Shown: piece by piece, positions 40,943-51,024 of the stretch | Position numbering within the stretch: the first letter of the stretch is position 1 | Layout: each line of letters begins with the position of its first letter | Assembly: GCA_963716255.1 (NCBI GenBank) | Contig: OY970303.1 | Location: forward strand, 512,001 to 576,000 | Source of the DNA: an uncultured Gemmatimonadales bacterium | GTDB taxonomy: Bacteria; Gemmatimonadota; Gemmatimonadetes; Longimicrobiales; Longimicrobiaceae | Direction: 5' to 3' | Length of the DNA stretch: 64,000 nucleotides | Made by a program: the position numbers and the translations under genes | Notes under the pieces: model-generated | What the model was told of the DNA's origin: nothing | What the model saw: only the letters and a program-made list of their open reading frames with translations | Database searches by the model: none

Positions 40943-41947
40943 TCACTCCCGCTGGAGCTTCTTGAAGATGGTGCGGACGTGGATGTTGAGGCGCTCGGCG
41001 GCGCGCGTGCGGTTTCCTTCCTCCGCGCGCAGCGCCGCGTCGATGATGGCGCGCTCGCAGTGCTCCACCGCCTCGGCCAGCGAGAGGCCGCTCTTGGCGA
41101 CCAGGTCCCACAGGTCGTCCGTCATCTCGCGCGACGCGGGCGCCGGCGCGGGACAGTCGTCCGTGGGGATGCCGAGGTCCTCCGCGTCGATCATCTCCTT
41201 CTCGGAGAGAAGCGCCGCCCGCTCTATGCAGTGCTTCAGTTCGCGCACGTTCCCCGGCCAGTCGTAGCGGTGCAGCGCCGCCAGCGCTCGCGGCGTGAAG
41301 CCGTGGCCGGGGCCCACCGTCTCATAGAGGAAGTGGCAGGCCAGCAGCTCGATGTCACCGCCGCGCAGGCGCAGGGGCGGGAGGGCGATGCGCATCACCT
41401 CCAAACGGTAGAGGAGGTCGGCCCGGAACTCGCCGCGCCGCACGCTCTCGGCGAGGTCGCGGTTGGATGCCGCGATCACCCACGTCCGGATCTGCTCCAC
41501 CCGGTCCGAGCCCACGCTGCGGAATTCGCCGCTCTCCAGGAAGCGTAGCAGGCTGGCCTGCACCTTCGGCGACAGCGAATCGACCTCGTCCAGGAACAGC
41601 GTCCCCCCGGAGGCCGTGCGCAGCAAGCCGTTGCGGGCGTCGCGCGCCCCGGTGAAAGCGCCGCGGGTGTGTCCGAACAGCTCGTCCTCGGCGAGCGTGT
41701 CTGGAAGCGCTCCGCAGTGCACCACCACGAACGGCACGTTCCCCGGCTGCCCGCGCAGGTGCAGGGCCTGGGCGATGATTTCCTTTCCCGTGCCGGTGGG
41801 GCCGGTGATCAGCGTGGTGCGGCGGACGCGCGCCACCGCGTCCAGGGATTTCACCACATCGCGGATCACCGGGGACTCCCCGACGAGGCCGAGTGGCCCG
41901 GTGCGGAGCACCCGCTGGGCGCGCACGCTTTCCATTGCGATGGTCAT
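40943..41947 (-). CDS. sigma-54 enhancer-binding protein without an N-terminal sensor domain
   Basis: GPTGTGKE, GAFTGA, LFLDEV, FRADLLYRL, WPGNVREL, Fis-type HTH; AAA+ domain begins ~20 aa from the start. Confidence 0.92.
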   Translation of the reverse strand: MTIAMESVRAQRVLRTGPLGLVGESPVIRDVVKSLDAVARVRRTTLITGPTGTGKEIIAQALHLRGQPGNVPFVVVHCGALPDTLAEDELFGHTRGAFTGARDARNGLLRTASGGTLFLDEVDSLSPKVQASLLRFLESGEFRSVGSDRVEQIRTWVIAASNRDLAESVRRGEFRADLLYRLEVMRIALPPLRLRGGDIELLACHFLYETVGPGHGFTPRALAALHRYDWPGNVRELKHCIERAALLSEKEMIDAEDLGIPTDDCPAPAPASREMTDDLWDLVAKSGLSLAEAVEHCERAIIDAALRAEEGNRTRAAERLNIHVRTIFKKLQRE

Positions 41948-42934
41948 TCGTCGCTGCGGATTCGGGTCTGGACAAGACCCCTGTCGGGGGGGATTCCGGG
42001 CGAGCCGCGGAGGGGCCGCGGCGCCGCCTACAGGAAAAACTGGGGCCAAACGGGCAGTACCGCCCGCCGGGGGTGAATGAGCCGCCACACCTCAAGGCCG
42101 CGTCTGGAGAAATCCGCTGCCGTCGCCTTTCCGTGCCCGGCGCCACTGTGCGTTCGGAGCGTGCCCGACAGGCCACGGGTGCACGAACCGCCATGCCGGG
42201 ACGGACATGTCCCCCCGCGGCGGCGTCCTGCCTTCGGGCGGTTGCGATCCACATCGCAGGGAGGCGGTGTCGGGGAAAGGCAGAGGACAGCTCCGAGTGT
42301 TGCATTGACATCGACGCTACAGATAGTGTCGCAAAGATATGGCCGTGCGCGATGCGTTTACGACTCGGGTGGAAGATCGTTGCGGGATGCGGTGTTGCTC
42401 GCCGGGTGACGCGGGGATGCGCTGGACCGACATGGCACCCGCGGGGAAAATCTTCTTCATCTCGCTGCTCTTCATGGCGCTGGTCCTGGGGCTTCCGTTG
42501 ATGATCGGCCGGCACATCACGCAGGGACACAGCTTCGGGCTAGTCAACGCTATCAGAGCGAAGGACCGTCAGGGCCGCCGGAACGGGTCGGCCGGCCTCC
42601 GGCCATGCACTCAAGCGTCGGCGGACGTGTGTTTACCACCGACGAATGAGGACCGGGCCGCTACGAGCGCTGAAGGAAGTGTCCGCGCTCACTTGGCTCG
42701 GGGTTCGTCATTGCGGAAGAGGCGCCTGCTGCAGCTGCAGCTGGAGTTGCTGAATTTCGGAGGTGAGGGTGTCGTACGTCGCTTGGTCCGCCGTCGACCC
42801 GCTCGTCTCCTCACCGATCTGGTCGTTGAGCGCGCGGATCTGCGATTGCAGATTATTGGCTTGGGCGTCAGCCTGGACCATCACATCGAATACGCTCGCC
42901 ACCTCACCCCGGAAATCGGCGCGAAGAAGAGCTA

Positions 42935-44127
42935 GTGGATCACCCCGGCTGAGGTGATGGGTATCGGGAGGAGAACTTCTCCCGAGCCTTGGCGGTTGTG
43001 AAACGCCACTGAATCGTGGCCTTGCTGCCGTTGCGGTCGCGGCACCAGACGGCGGTTTCACGCTGCACGACTTCCATGCTGGGCAGGCGCCGGTCCAAGC
43101 ATTGAGTGCCGAGCACGGAGAACTCCACCTCGGCCATGTTCAACCAGCTTGCATGCTTGGGCGTGTGGTGCAACTCCAGGCGCTTTGCGATCCGGCTTGC
43201 TTCCTCGGGCGCGAACGCCTGGTAGAGCGAGGCCGGCGTGTGCGTGTTCAGGTTGTCCAGCACCACGCGGACCTTCTCCGCCTCCGGAAAATGCACGTCC
43301 ACCAGATCCCGCATGCAGTGGGCGAAGTCGATCGCGGTGCGCCGCTGCGTGACCTTGACCTCTCGCCAGGCGGTGTCGGGGCTGAAGAAGAGGAAGAGGT
43401 TGCACGTGCCTTCGCGCCGGTACTCGTAGTCGAACCGCTCGGCCTGCCCCGGTCGCGCCGGCAGCGGCATGCGCACCTCGGACAGAAGTTGCAGAGGCAT
43501 CTCGTCAAAGGCCACACGCGGCCGCTTCGGGTCGTTCGGCTCTGCATACAGGTCGAGCACGTCCTCCATCCGCCAGACGAATTCGGCCGTGATCTCCGGG
43601 ATCAGCCACTGCTGGCGCTGCCACGGCTTCGTCTTGCTTTTTTGAGCGTGCGGCGCACCGTCTCATCCGAGATCGAGTCCACCGCCCCCAGTTCCACCAG
43701 CCGGTCCGCGAGCATCTGCATGCTCCAGCGGGCGCGCCCACCAGGCACGTCGCTGCAGGCCAGCGCCAGGAGCAGGGCCTCCGCTTTGCCTGTCAGCTTC
43801 GGCGGCATCGGCGGGCGGGGTTTCTCTGAGAGAGCCGCCTCCAGCCCTTCTTCCACGAAGCGCTTGCGGATGCGCTCCACCGTAGCGACCCCGACGCCCA
43901 CGCCCGCGACGATCTGCTCGTCCGTGGCACCCTCGTCGGAGCGCAGCACCACCAGAGCGCGTTTGATCCGCCGCGCGCTTGCCTTCCCCTTGCGCGTGAG
44001 CACAAGCAGATCGCTGCGCTCCTGCTCCGTCAGCTTCACCTTGTACCGCTTCGTCATCCTTCGGCTCCTGTACAACTGCGTACCCAAAGCCGAAGGATAC
44101 CCCATCAACTCACTCGTGGTGCCCCAC
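42935..44127 (-). mobile_element. IS630-family insertion sequence (1193 bp)
   Basis: TA duplication (42933-34, 44128-29) at a CTAG site; imperfect 27-bp TIRs (21/27); HTH orfA plus DDE orfB. Confidence 0.93.
42940..44057 (-). CDS. IS630 transposase (orfA 44057-43602 plus orfB, -1 frameshift)
   Basis: FDE, LDNL, HTPKHASWLNMAE motifs; slippery AAAAAAG at 43643-43637. Confidence 0.9.
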
Positions 44128-45254
44128 TAGCCCGCACAGGATGCCGACACCTGTCACGACGGCTTTTACGGTATCGGAGTACTGGTTGTCGTCGCTCAAC
44201 GCCATCCCGAGCGTCCCCATGCACGCAAGCGCAATTTTGTGATTCATCAGGTACGCGGCGACATCGTTGTTAAGCGTCGTCAGCTGGATCTCCAGATTCG
44301 AAGAGTCGCCGCGCAGCGATTCGATCCTCTGCTGATGGCCGGACAGGCTGGTAAAAGCTAGATCACGCTGCTGCTCGCGCAGGTGGATGTCGGACTGTAT
44401 TCCCACCCGCCTCGCGACTTCCGCCTGACGCGCGAGTTCTTCCGCAGCAGATGCCTGGAAGGATTCAGGTGAGGGTACCTTGGAGTCCGGCGCAGTGCAC
44501 CCACATAACGCAGAGAGAATGAGCAAGAGGCTGGTGATCTTCAGCATGTTGTATTCTCCTGAGCCTGTTAATAAAGACCGAAGTCGACCTTGATGAAAAA
44601 CATTGCGCGAAGTGAGTGCAGGATCAAGCAAACATCATTTCCTTTAGGTTTCCAAAAAGATCATTGGGATAATCTCCTGATCGGTTCCGCACCCACCCTT
44701 CCAAGAACGCCTGCTGTGGCCCCCGAGCGCCCAGCAGGCCTTTGTTCATTTACCCCAACCACCTTGCCAACCTGCTCGGTCTTGCGCGAGCACGCAGAAC
44801 GGATGTCGTCAAATTGTAGTATGTCCGTATGGGAGCACGTTCCAGGATAATGAACTTCCCCGGTTCGGTGGACACCGGGATAAGCCGCGTTCTTCTCGAA
44901 CTCGGCTGGGCCGTCTTGTTCGCCCAGCAGGTGGAGCAGACGGACGCTCTAGCCCGGCTCCTCGGGGAGGCACAGTACCAACGTCTTCTAGACCTGTACG
45001 ACCGGGAGAGCTCCCCCGCAGACACTGGTCTCCCCCAGGTTCATCCGTAAGCGGATACGGCCGGCTCCGCATTCACAGTGGCGCGGGTCATTGGCCCAGC
45101 ACGGTGAAATGGACAAAGGCGACACGTCGGACCCGGTCCGAGACAGATTTGAGGCTCCGCCTGGTGCGGATGCTCGAGGCAGAGGAAAAGGCTGGGCCCA
45201 TTCGACGCCTCTGGACGTGCGGCTGGGTCCGGTGGCCGCACCAGATGGGCCCCG

Positions 45255-45602
45255 CTAACCTTGCCGGCGCGTGGCGCCGCGCTCCAGGACGCTCAGAATC
45301 TCCTTCCGCACGCGATCACGCCGGCGGACGGGTATCCGCTGCAACAGTATTTCTAAAGCGTCTTCTTCAGTCAGCGAGGACGTGCCAGCTCGCCCCGGCG
45401 ACCGCCACACCCGGAGTTTCGTCAGGGTCCGGCGGTATGGCTGTCCACCCGCGAGCAGCTTGCTGAGACCGGTTGGACTCATCCCCACCGCACGGGCCAC
45501 GCTCCGCAGGCTTGACCGCTCCAGCGCAACATTCAATTCGGCACGGAGGCGGGCCAGCTCGGTACCGGCGTCCCCCGCTGGAACGATACCCCTTTGGGGC
45601 AT
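45255..45602 (-). CDS. HTH (Xre-like) DNA-binding protein
   Basis: SLRSVARAVGMSPTGLSKLL helix-turn-helix. Confidence 0.65.
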   Translation of the reverse strand: MPQRGIVPAGDAGTELARLRAELNVALERSSLRSVARAVGMSPTGLSKLLAGGQPYRRTLTKLRVWRSPGRAGTSSLTEEDALEILLQRIPVRRRDRVRKEILSVLERGATRRQG

Positions 45603-45624
45603 ACGGCCGTCCTTCCGGCGATAG

Positions 45625-46128
45625 GTGGACTCGGCTCCTCAACCGGCACCATATAGGTGCTGGTTGAGGAGCCGCAACGACGCGATTCGGCTTGGGCCGC
45701 GACGTCGCGCTCCCACCCGTGCCGCAGGTGGAGCGGGAAGGCGGGAGCTTTTCGAAACATCGGAGAAGAAAGCCCTGTCGCTGGTGACCCTACACCAGGA
45801 TTTCGCGCCTGGCGTCTACATGAGCCTGGGAGAAGGCGCACGGGCGCTCGGAGATTGGGACCAGGCGGAGTCGTACGCCGCCATGGCTCTGGAGGCAGCG
45901 AGGAAGCGGAAGCAACGGCTGGCAGAGCGAGATGCGGGATATCTGCTGGACGGGATCGCGGAGCGTGAACCAGCGCCTCGCGAGGAAGCGCCGCCGGACC
46001 CCGACCGGATCAGGCTGCTGACCCGCCGTTTTTTAGCCCGGCTCCGGAAATGGAAGGCTCCCGACCCGGGCAGGCCCGGGACGGACGCGTTGTCGAACCC
46101 CGAGGATTCTCCTAGAGCCGATCTTTAG
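45625..46128 (+). pseudogene. C-terminal fragment of a TPR protein
   Basis: TPR-like SLGEGARALGDWDQAESYAAMALEAA; N-terminal part looks non-coding. Confidence 0.5.
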
Positions 46129-46373
46129 CCGCCCGACCCGGCCGTGTAAGTCCCGCGGAGTGCGGGCGCTTCCCCGGTCGTCGTCTCCGTCGAGGAGGAA
46201 ACGACCGTCGTCGTGTCGGTGTGGATCGAACCTCCCGCGCGTCCCCCGGACCCGGCGGTGTAAACGCCGCCATCGTATCGTGGTGCCGCCGGGGCGACAG
46301 GGCTCGCGGCGTCGCCGCAAGCCGTGAGACCCGCCAGAGCACATGCTACCAAGAGGGGGCGGAGCTTCTTCAT
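46125..46373 (-). CDS. 82 aa lipoprotein/propeptide with duplicated YTAGSGG motif
   Basis: AAAGGA RBS; MKK..LTAC lipobox; GVYTAGSGG and terminal GTYTAGSGG. Confidence 0.8.
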   Translation of the reverse strand: MKKLRPLLVACALAGLTACGDAASPVAPAAPRYDGGVYTAGSGGRAGGSIHTDTTTVVSSSTETTTGEAPALRGTYTAGSGG

Positions 46374-47284
46374 GGTTGTGTCCTTTCACAGCTGAGGTGA
46401 GCCGGAATTGTCCGCGTGTTTACGTTAGTCGCACCGTACCCAATCCGCCACAGGGTGCAGCAGCGTAGCGACAGTCCCGCACCGGCGAGCCAATTCCAGG
46501 CGGAATCAACCAGACCGGCGATAAACCAGGAGCCGCCACGTGGGGTTGCTGCGTCTTTGGGGATCGGAATCGTACCATCCATGCAGCCGCTGGCAGCGGA
46601 GAGCGCTTTCGGCGTCATAATCTGACAGGCGTAAAGAACGTGGCGGTTCGCCGAGTCAACGACGGGTAGCGCAGGGGGCAGCAGCGGCTGGGCAAGACGG
46701 GAGCAGCATAGCTGCGGAAACCGCGGAATCGGGTTCTGCCAGGAGGCTCAGACGTAGCCGGGGGAGGGATTGGGGGAACGGCGGCGCTCCCGGCGGTTTG
46801 GGAGCGCTGCCATGGAGGCCGGGGAGCCGGCGCCGCAGGCGGGCGAGGGGCGGGGTGAAGGCTCCGTGCCCGGCACCGCCGGGAACGGTGCCTCTAAGCG
46901 GTTGGGAAAGTCGGCGCCGCAGGCGCGGACGCGGGCGGGGTGGGGACCGCGTGAGGGATACGCGCCCGGCAGCGCCGATACCCGGCGGCGGTTTGCCGGG
47001 TATCGGCGGAGTTGGGCACAGTCGTTTCGTGCCCTACTCCGCGCGCAGCCCGCCCCCCCGCCAGGGGGGACACGCCCAAGCCTTTGTGGGAGTAGGTACC
47101 CGACGGAAACGAGCCCCGGCTGGATCAGAATCGCCGGGGCTCGCCTGTTGTAGCTGATGCTACGGAATCCGTGTGAAATGAACGGACAGAAGAGTTCCGC
47201 GGAAGGAGCGCTTGGTCGATTGGCGCTCACGATGAGACTCCTTACCTGCCATCGGTGATGCACACGGCGTCCCGCGGCGCACTG

Positions 47285-48508
47285 TCAGGGGCGGGCCGGC
47301 TCCCGCCGCAGCGCGTACCGGCGCACCTGCTCCACGTCCATTTCGTCGCGGCCGACTCCCACTAGGGCGTCCGCACCGATGTCGAGCACCTCCAGGCCCG
47401 CCGGTGTCCTCACCGAGGCGATTGCGCGTCCGTCCGGGGCCAGCACGAGCCACTCTTGAGACTTCCCAGGCGCTTCCGAAGCCGTCCGGCGGACCCAGAG
47501 GAACCCGCCGCGGTCGAGCAGAAGCTGCGCATAGGGAGCCATCGACGCGGGAAACGGGAGCTTGTCCAGCCGCTTGCGCTCCGCGTCCGCCTGTTCGGGC
47601 GCGAGGCCGCGCAGCTGCTCCTGGTGGTGCGCGTCCCGGTCGGCAGAGGTCACCCGGGCGACGGGCCGCCGCTCACGCACCTGCATGACACGCTTTCCGG
47701 CCGGCGTGAGCGCCACGATCTCGCTCTGGTCGCCGGTTGCCAGGTACAGGCGCTCACCTCCAAGCGCAACACGCAGCCTGCGGCCGTAGGGGAGCGTACG
47801 CACGTTGAAGCCGGAGCTCGACACCAGCACGTGCTTCTCGTCGCCCGGATAGACGCCCAGCGTATCGGACAGGCGCCCGTCGGCGGCGTAGCGGAGGAGC
47901 GGCACGGTGTCGCGCCTGGTCCCAGTGCCGCCCGTGAGGAGGCCCGCCATGTCCATTCCTGGCCCCAGCACGAAAGAGCCATCCGCGAACAGTCCCCACA
48001 TTGGGTGGAAGGAGCCGGAAGGCGCCGGCTGCGGCGCGACGACGCGACCCAGCACCCCGTTCCGGGAAAACACCGAAAGCCGGCTGGCGCGAAAGTCCCA
48101 CACGGCCAGTGAGTCTCCCGCCTGGCGCCACACCGCCCCGATCTGGCGGAACTCGCCAGGCCCGTCTCCCTCGCGCCCGACCCGGGCCATGCTGTCGCCG
48201 GAGGCGGCGAAGAGACGGATCGCGTTATTCCCGGCGTCCGCCACGGCAATGGAGCCGTCGTCGAGAAGGGCGGCTCCCACGACATCGGCGAACTGCACGC
48301 CCTCTTCCTCGGAGCCGCCTCCGATCACCAGTGTCGGCGTCCCGCTCACCGTCCACACGGGAAGGTCCTCACCGGTCGGATGCTCCACCATGCGAATCCC
48401 GGCGCTGTCCGCGACGGCGGCAGCGCCAGCTCCGCTGCCCGACTCCGAGCAGGCGGCGAGTGCGAGGAGCATCACAACGATGGAGTGCAGGAAAATGCGC
48501 GGGCTCAT
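47285..48508 (-). CDS. 6-bladed beta-propeller lipoprotein
   Basis: LAAC lipobox; GREGDGPGEF motif; ATGA coupling with the upstream gene. Confidence 0.8.
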   Translation of the reverse strand: MSPRIFLHSIVVMLLALAACSESGSGAGAAAVADSAGIRMVEHPTGEDLPVWTVSGTPTLVIGGGSEEEGVQFADVVGAALLDDGSIAVADAGNNAIRLFAASGDSMARVGREGDGPGEFRQIGAVWRQAGDSLAVWDFRASRLSVFSRNGVLGRVVAPQPAPSGSFHPMWGLFADGSFVLGPGMDMAGLLTGGTGTRRDTVPLLRYAADGRLSDTLGVYPGDEKHVLVSSSGFNVRTLPYGRRLRVALGGERLYLATGDQSEIVALTPAGKRVMQVRERRPVARVTSADRDAHHQEQLRGLAPEQADAERKRLDKLPFPASMAPYAQLLLDRGGFLWVRRTASEAPGKSQEWLVLAPDGRAIASVRTPAGLEVLDIGADALVGVGRDEMDVEQVRRYALRREPARP

Positions 48509-49491
48509 GGGCTGGACGAGGGGGTGCGGCGTGGTGGGGCGAGACCGGCCACAGCGGTGGCGATCTGGCGGAAGTCCTCTCCCGCGGCGAGCCGCTCGCG
48601 CCAGGGGAGTCCTATGCGGTCGAAGAGAAGACCGAGCGCCGCTCCGGTCCCGTACACCCTTACGCGGATGTGCCAGGTCTCGCCGGTCGCAAAGGCGCCG
48701 AGCCGGACTGGCTCGCGAAGCGCGTCTGCCACGGCTCGGGCCGCATCCGCGGCAGGCTGGCCCCGGGCCAGCAGGGACGCCTGAAGACCCACGATTTGGG
48801 CGCTCCCTTCGATGCGCTCCAGACGATCCTCGTACCGGCGCAACGTTGCAGGAACGAGAGAGTCCCGGGCAGCGCGCATCCCCAGGTACTCGCGCAGAGC
48901 CGGGACGACGTCGCCCTGCTCGCCATACAGCGCGTCCGCAAGCCGGGCCCGCTCGGCGTCGGCCATGGCATGGACACGGTCGCGCGTGTCCGCGCCGAGC
49001 GAGTCGTCCACCTGCAGAACGTGAGGGTCGGTGAAGTCGGTCTCTTGATAGCCGTGGAAACCCTCGTGGAAGAGGAAATCCAGATTCGTCTCCAGGCTCC
49101 CACGTACCGAGATGGCCACGGCGGAGGTCCCCGCGACTGGAAAGCGAAGGTCGAAGAACCCCTGGCTCGCGCCAAGCCCCGGGAGCGCGCCCGGGGCGAC
49201 CCACGCGTCCCAGCACCCGAGCCCGGGGGCGCAGACCCGCTGGGCGGCGAAGGGGGGCCCGGGGTCGCGCGGAGCATGAAGCACGATGGCGAGCCCGGGC
49301 TCGACGACGAGGAAAGCGCGCGGGTCGCTCCAGTATCCTGGCCATACCGGATCGAGGCGGCTCGCCGCCGAGCGAACGGCTGCATACGTCTGGCTCACCT
49401 CGGCCGGTACGGAAACCGTGTCGCGCGCCGCGGCGTGCGCGGGAGCCGGCTGGAGGAGGACCGCCACCACGGCCAGCGCCCACGTCGTCAA
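48505..49491 (-). CDS. secreted HExxH metallopeptidase-like protein
   Basis: TTG start overlapping the upstream stop; signal peptide ending AHA; FHEGFHGYQ and a later EGSA. Confidence 0.7.
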   Translation of the reverse strand: MTTWALAVVAVLLQPAPAHAAARDTVSVPAEVSQTYAAVRSAASRLDPVWPGYWSDPRAFLVVEPGLAIVLHAPRDPGPPFAAQRVCAPGLGCWDAWVAPGALPGLGASQGFFDLRFPVAGTSAVAISVRGSLETNLDFLFHEGFHGYQETDFTDPHVLQVDDSLGADTRDRVHAMADAERARLADALYGEQGDVVPALREYLGMRAARDSLVPATLRRYEDRLERIEGSAQIVGLQASLLARGQPAADAARAVADALREPVRLGAFATGETWHIRVRVYGTGAALGLLFDRIGLPWRERLAAGEDFRQIATAVAGLAPPRRTPSSSP

Positions 49492-50012
49492 TCGGTCCTC
49501 ACGGCGTCGAGAGCGATCCCGGCGGCCGACAGTCCGGCGCCGGCGGCAAAGATCCGACACGATGAGCTGGCGACGACCACAGCTGGGACGGTGCTCACCC
49601 GCAGCTGTTTCAGCACGTCCGGCGGGAGCGCGGCGACATCGGCCGCCCCGCCAGCCCGCGCGGCGTCCGCGGCCGGAAGGCCGTCGAGGTGGACCTTGAC
49701 GAAAGCCACGTGGTTCCCGTTTGCCCGGGCAACGTCTTCCCACCGGGGGCGCAGCTTCTCGCAGAAGGGGCAGGTACGGGTCGAGAGGAAGAAGGCGACG
49801 GGGCGTCCGGCCGCGCAGTAGTCGCGCAGCTGGGCGACGCCGGAAGCGGACTGCACGGGAACCGCCGGTAGGTCCAGCCCCTGCACGAACGCGCGCGTGG
49901 TCCCCCGGAGTTCCACCCGCAGTCGTGCGGACTCGCGCTTGGCAAGGAGCAGGTTGGCGCTGAGCACCAGCACTAGGACAGCCGTGAGCGCGGGGAGAAT
50001 TCGAGACCGCAT
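49488..50012 (-). CDS. membrane-anchored thioredoxin-like protein
   Basis: N-terminal TM helix, CPFC motif, cis-Pro TVP. Confidence 0.75.
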   Translation of the reverse strand: MRSRILPALTAVLVLVLSANLLLAKRESARLRVELRGTTRAFVQGLDLPAVPVQSASGVAQLRDYCAAGRPVAFFLSTRTCPFCEKLRPRWEDVARANGNHVAFVKVHLDGLPAADAARAGGAADVAALPPDVLKQLRVSTVPAVVVASSSCRIFAAGAGLSAAGIALDAVRTD

Positions 50013-50074
50013 GAGAATCGTCGGAGTGGGAAGCATCGGCGGTCCCGGGCGAGCCGGGAGCCGCCGTCCGAATG

Positions 50075-50293
50075 TCACTGCGACGTGACGCACTCGAGGG
50101 TGCAGTTGCGGCACTCGCATTCGAGCAGCTCACCATTCTTGACGCAGCTGCAGAAGTCGCAATTGGGTACAACCTTGCACCCCTCCCCAGGATCGGAGGC
50201 GAGACTCACGGACGGGAATGCCATCGACCCGAGCGCTGCCAGTGCAACGAGGGCGTAGGCGAGTACTTGCGCCCGGATACGGATTCGGGGCAT
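50075..50293 (-). CDS. secreted Cys-rich peptide 2 (72 aa, 8 Cys)
   Basis: AAAGGAGG RBS; signal peptide ending PSVSLA; GCKVVPNCDFCSC..ECECRNCTLEC. Confidence 0.8.
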   Translation of the reverse strand: MPRIRIRAQVLAYALVALAALGSMAFPSVSLASDPGEGCKVVPNCDFCSCVKNGELLECECRNCTLECVTSQ

Positions 50294-50452
50294 GCGGCCT
50301 CCTTTGTAGGGGTAAACTTCGCCAGAGAGTGCGTTGCCGAAAACCATCGGTCGATTCGGGCGTCGGACCGTTTAGCGGAACGAAGCGTGCGATCTGATGC
50401 GCCGGCTGTGCGACAAGAGCAGGGAATATCGTCCGATCACTCGCTGAGATGC

Positions 50453-50659
50453 CTACTCAACGGTGACGGTGCACCCGGTGATCGTACAATCGGAGCACTC
50501 GGCTTGCCCGGTGCTCATGTTCACCTTGCACGTCTTACAATCTATCTTGCAGCCCGATTCATCGGTGGCCAGGGCGACGCTCGGAACGACCAGCGTGCCG
50601 AGGCCGCAGAGGACGGCTACAGTGAGCAAGAGGGTACCGGCGCGGTCCTTCAGTGACAT
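50453..50659 (-). CDS. secreted Cys-rich peptide 1 (68 aa, 6 Cys in mature part)
   Basis: AGGAGG RBS; signal peptide ending PSVALA; GCKIDCKTC..ECSDCTITGC. Confidence 0.8.
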   Translation of the reverse strand: MSLKDRAGTLLLTVAVLCGLGTLVVPSVALATDESGCKIDCKTCKVNMSTGQAECSDCTITGCTVTVE

Positions 50660-51024
50660 AGCGTCCTCCTAGAGAACTGGGTGGAGCGTGCGGTCGGGAC
50701 TCATCCGCTGAAACGGGCAACCCCACGTTAACTTGCAGGAAAAAGTTGTACAAGGAAAAAATCTTCTTCTCGTCTCGCCCTGATAAGCTCTATATCTGCG
50801 CCGATCGATAACCACCACGGGAACGCAACACGGGCGTAAACGGTTCTCTGATCGGCCTCCCACTGGAGAAAGAGCATGTGGCGCTGGTGAGGACACTTAG
50901 AACGGGGGAGCCCCCGACCGGGTAAGACCCGCCGGGCCTCGGGTTTCGTCGAGTGCATACTGCCGAGTGAAAGTGGAGCCACCGCAATTCTACTCGCGAG
51001 TCCGTTCTATCGAGCGGCCCTGTA

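Larger units (their letters stand above)
42708..44547 (-). pseudogene. coiled-coil lipoprotein (~214 aa) interrupted by IS630
   Basis: Lipobox LCGC; removing the IS and one TA joins GILCGL to ALLRADF in frame. Confidence 0.85.

Noticed and set aside
42339..42935. ORF with one hydrophobic segment and an upstream TTGACA
   Set aside because: No properly spaced -10 box, and the 3' half is antisense to the interrupted lipoprotein gene; a short membrane peptide cannot be ruled out
44600..45250. Small ORFs in a lower-GC stretch (44829-45050, 45104-45466)
   Set aside because: No recognisable motifs or convincing RBS; probably remnants
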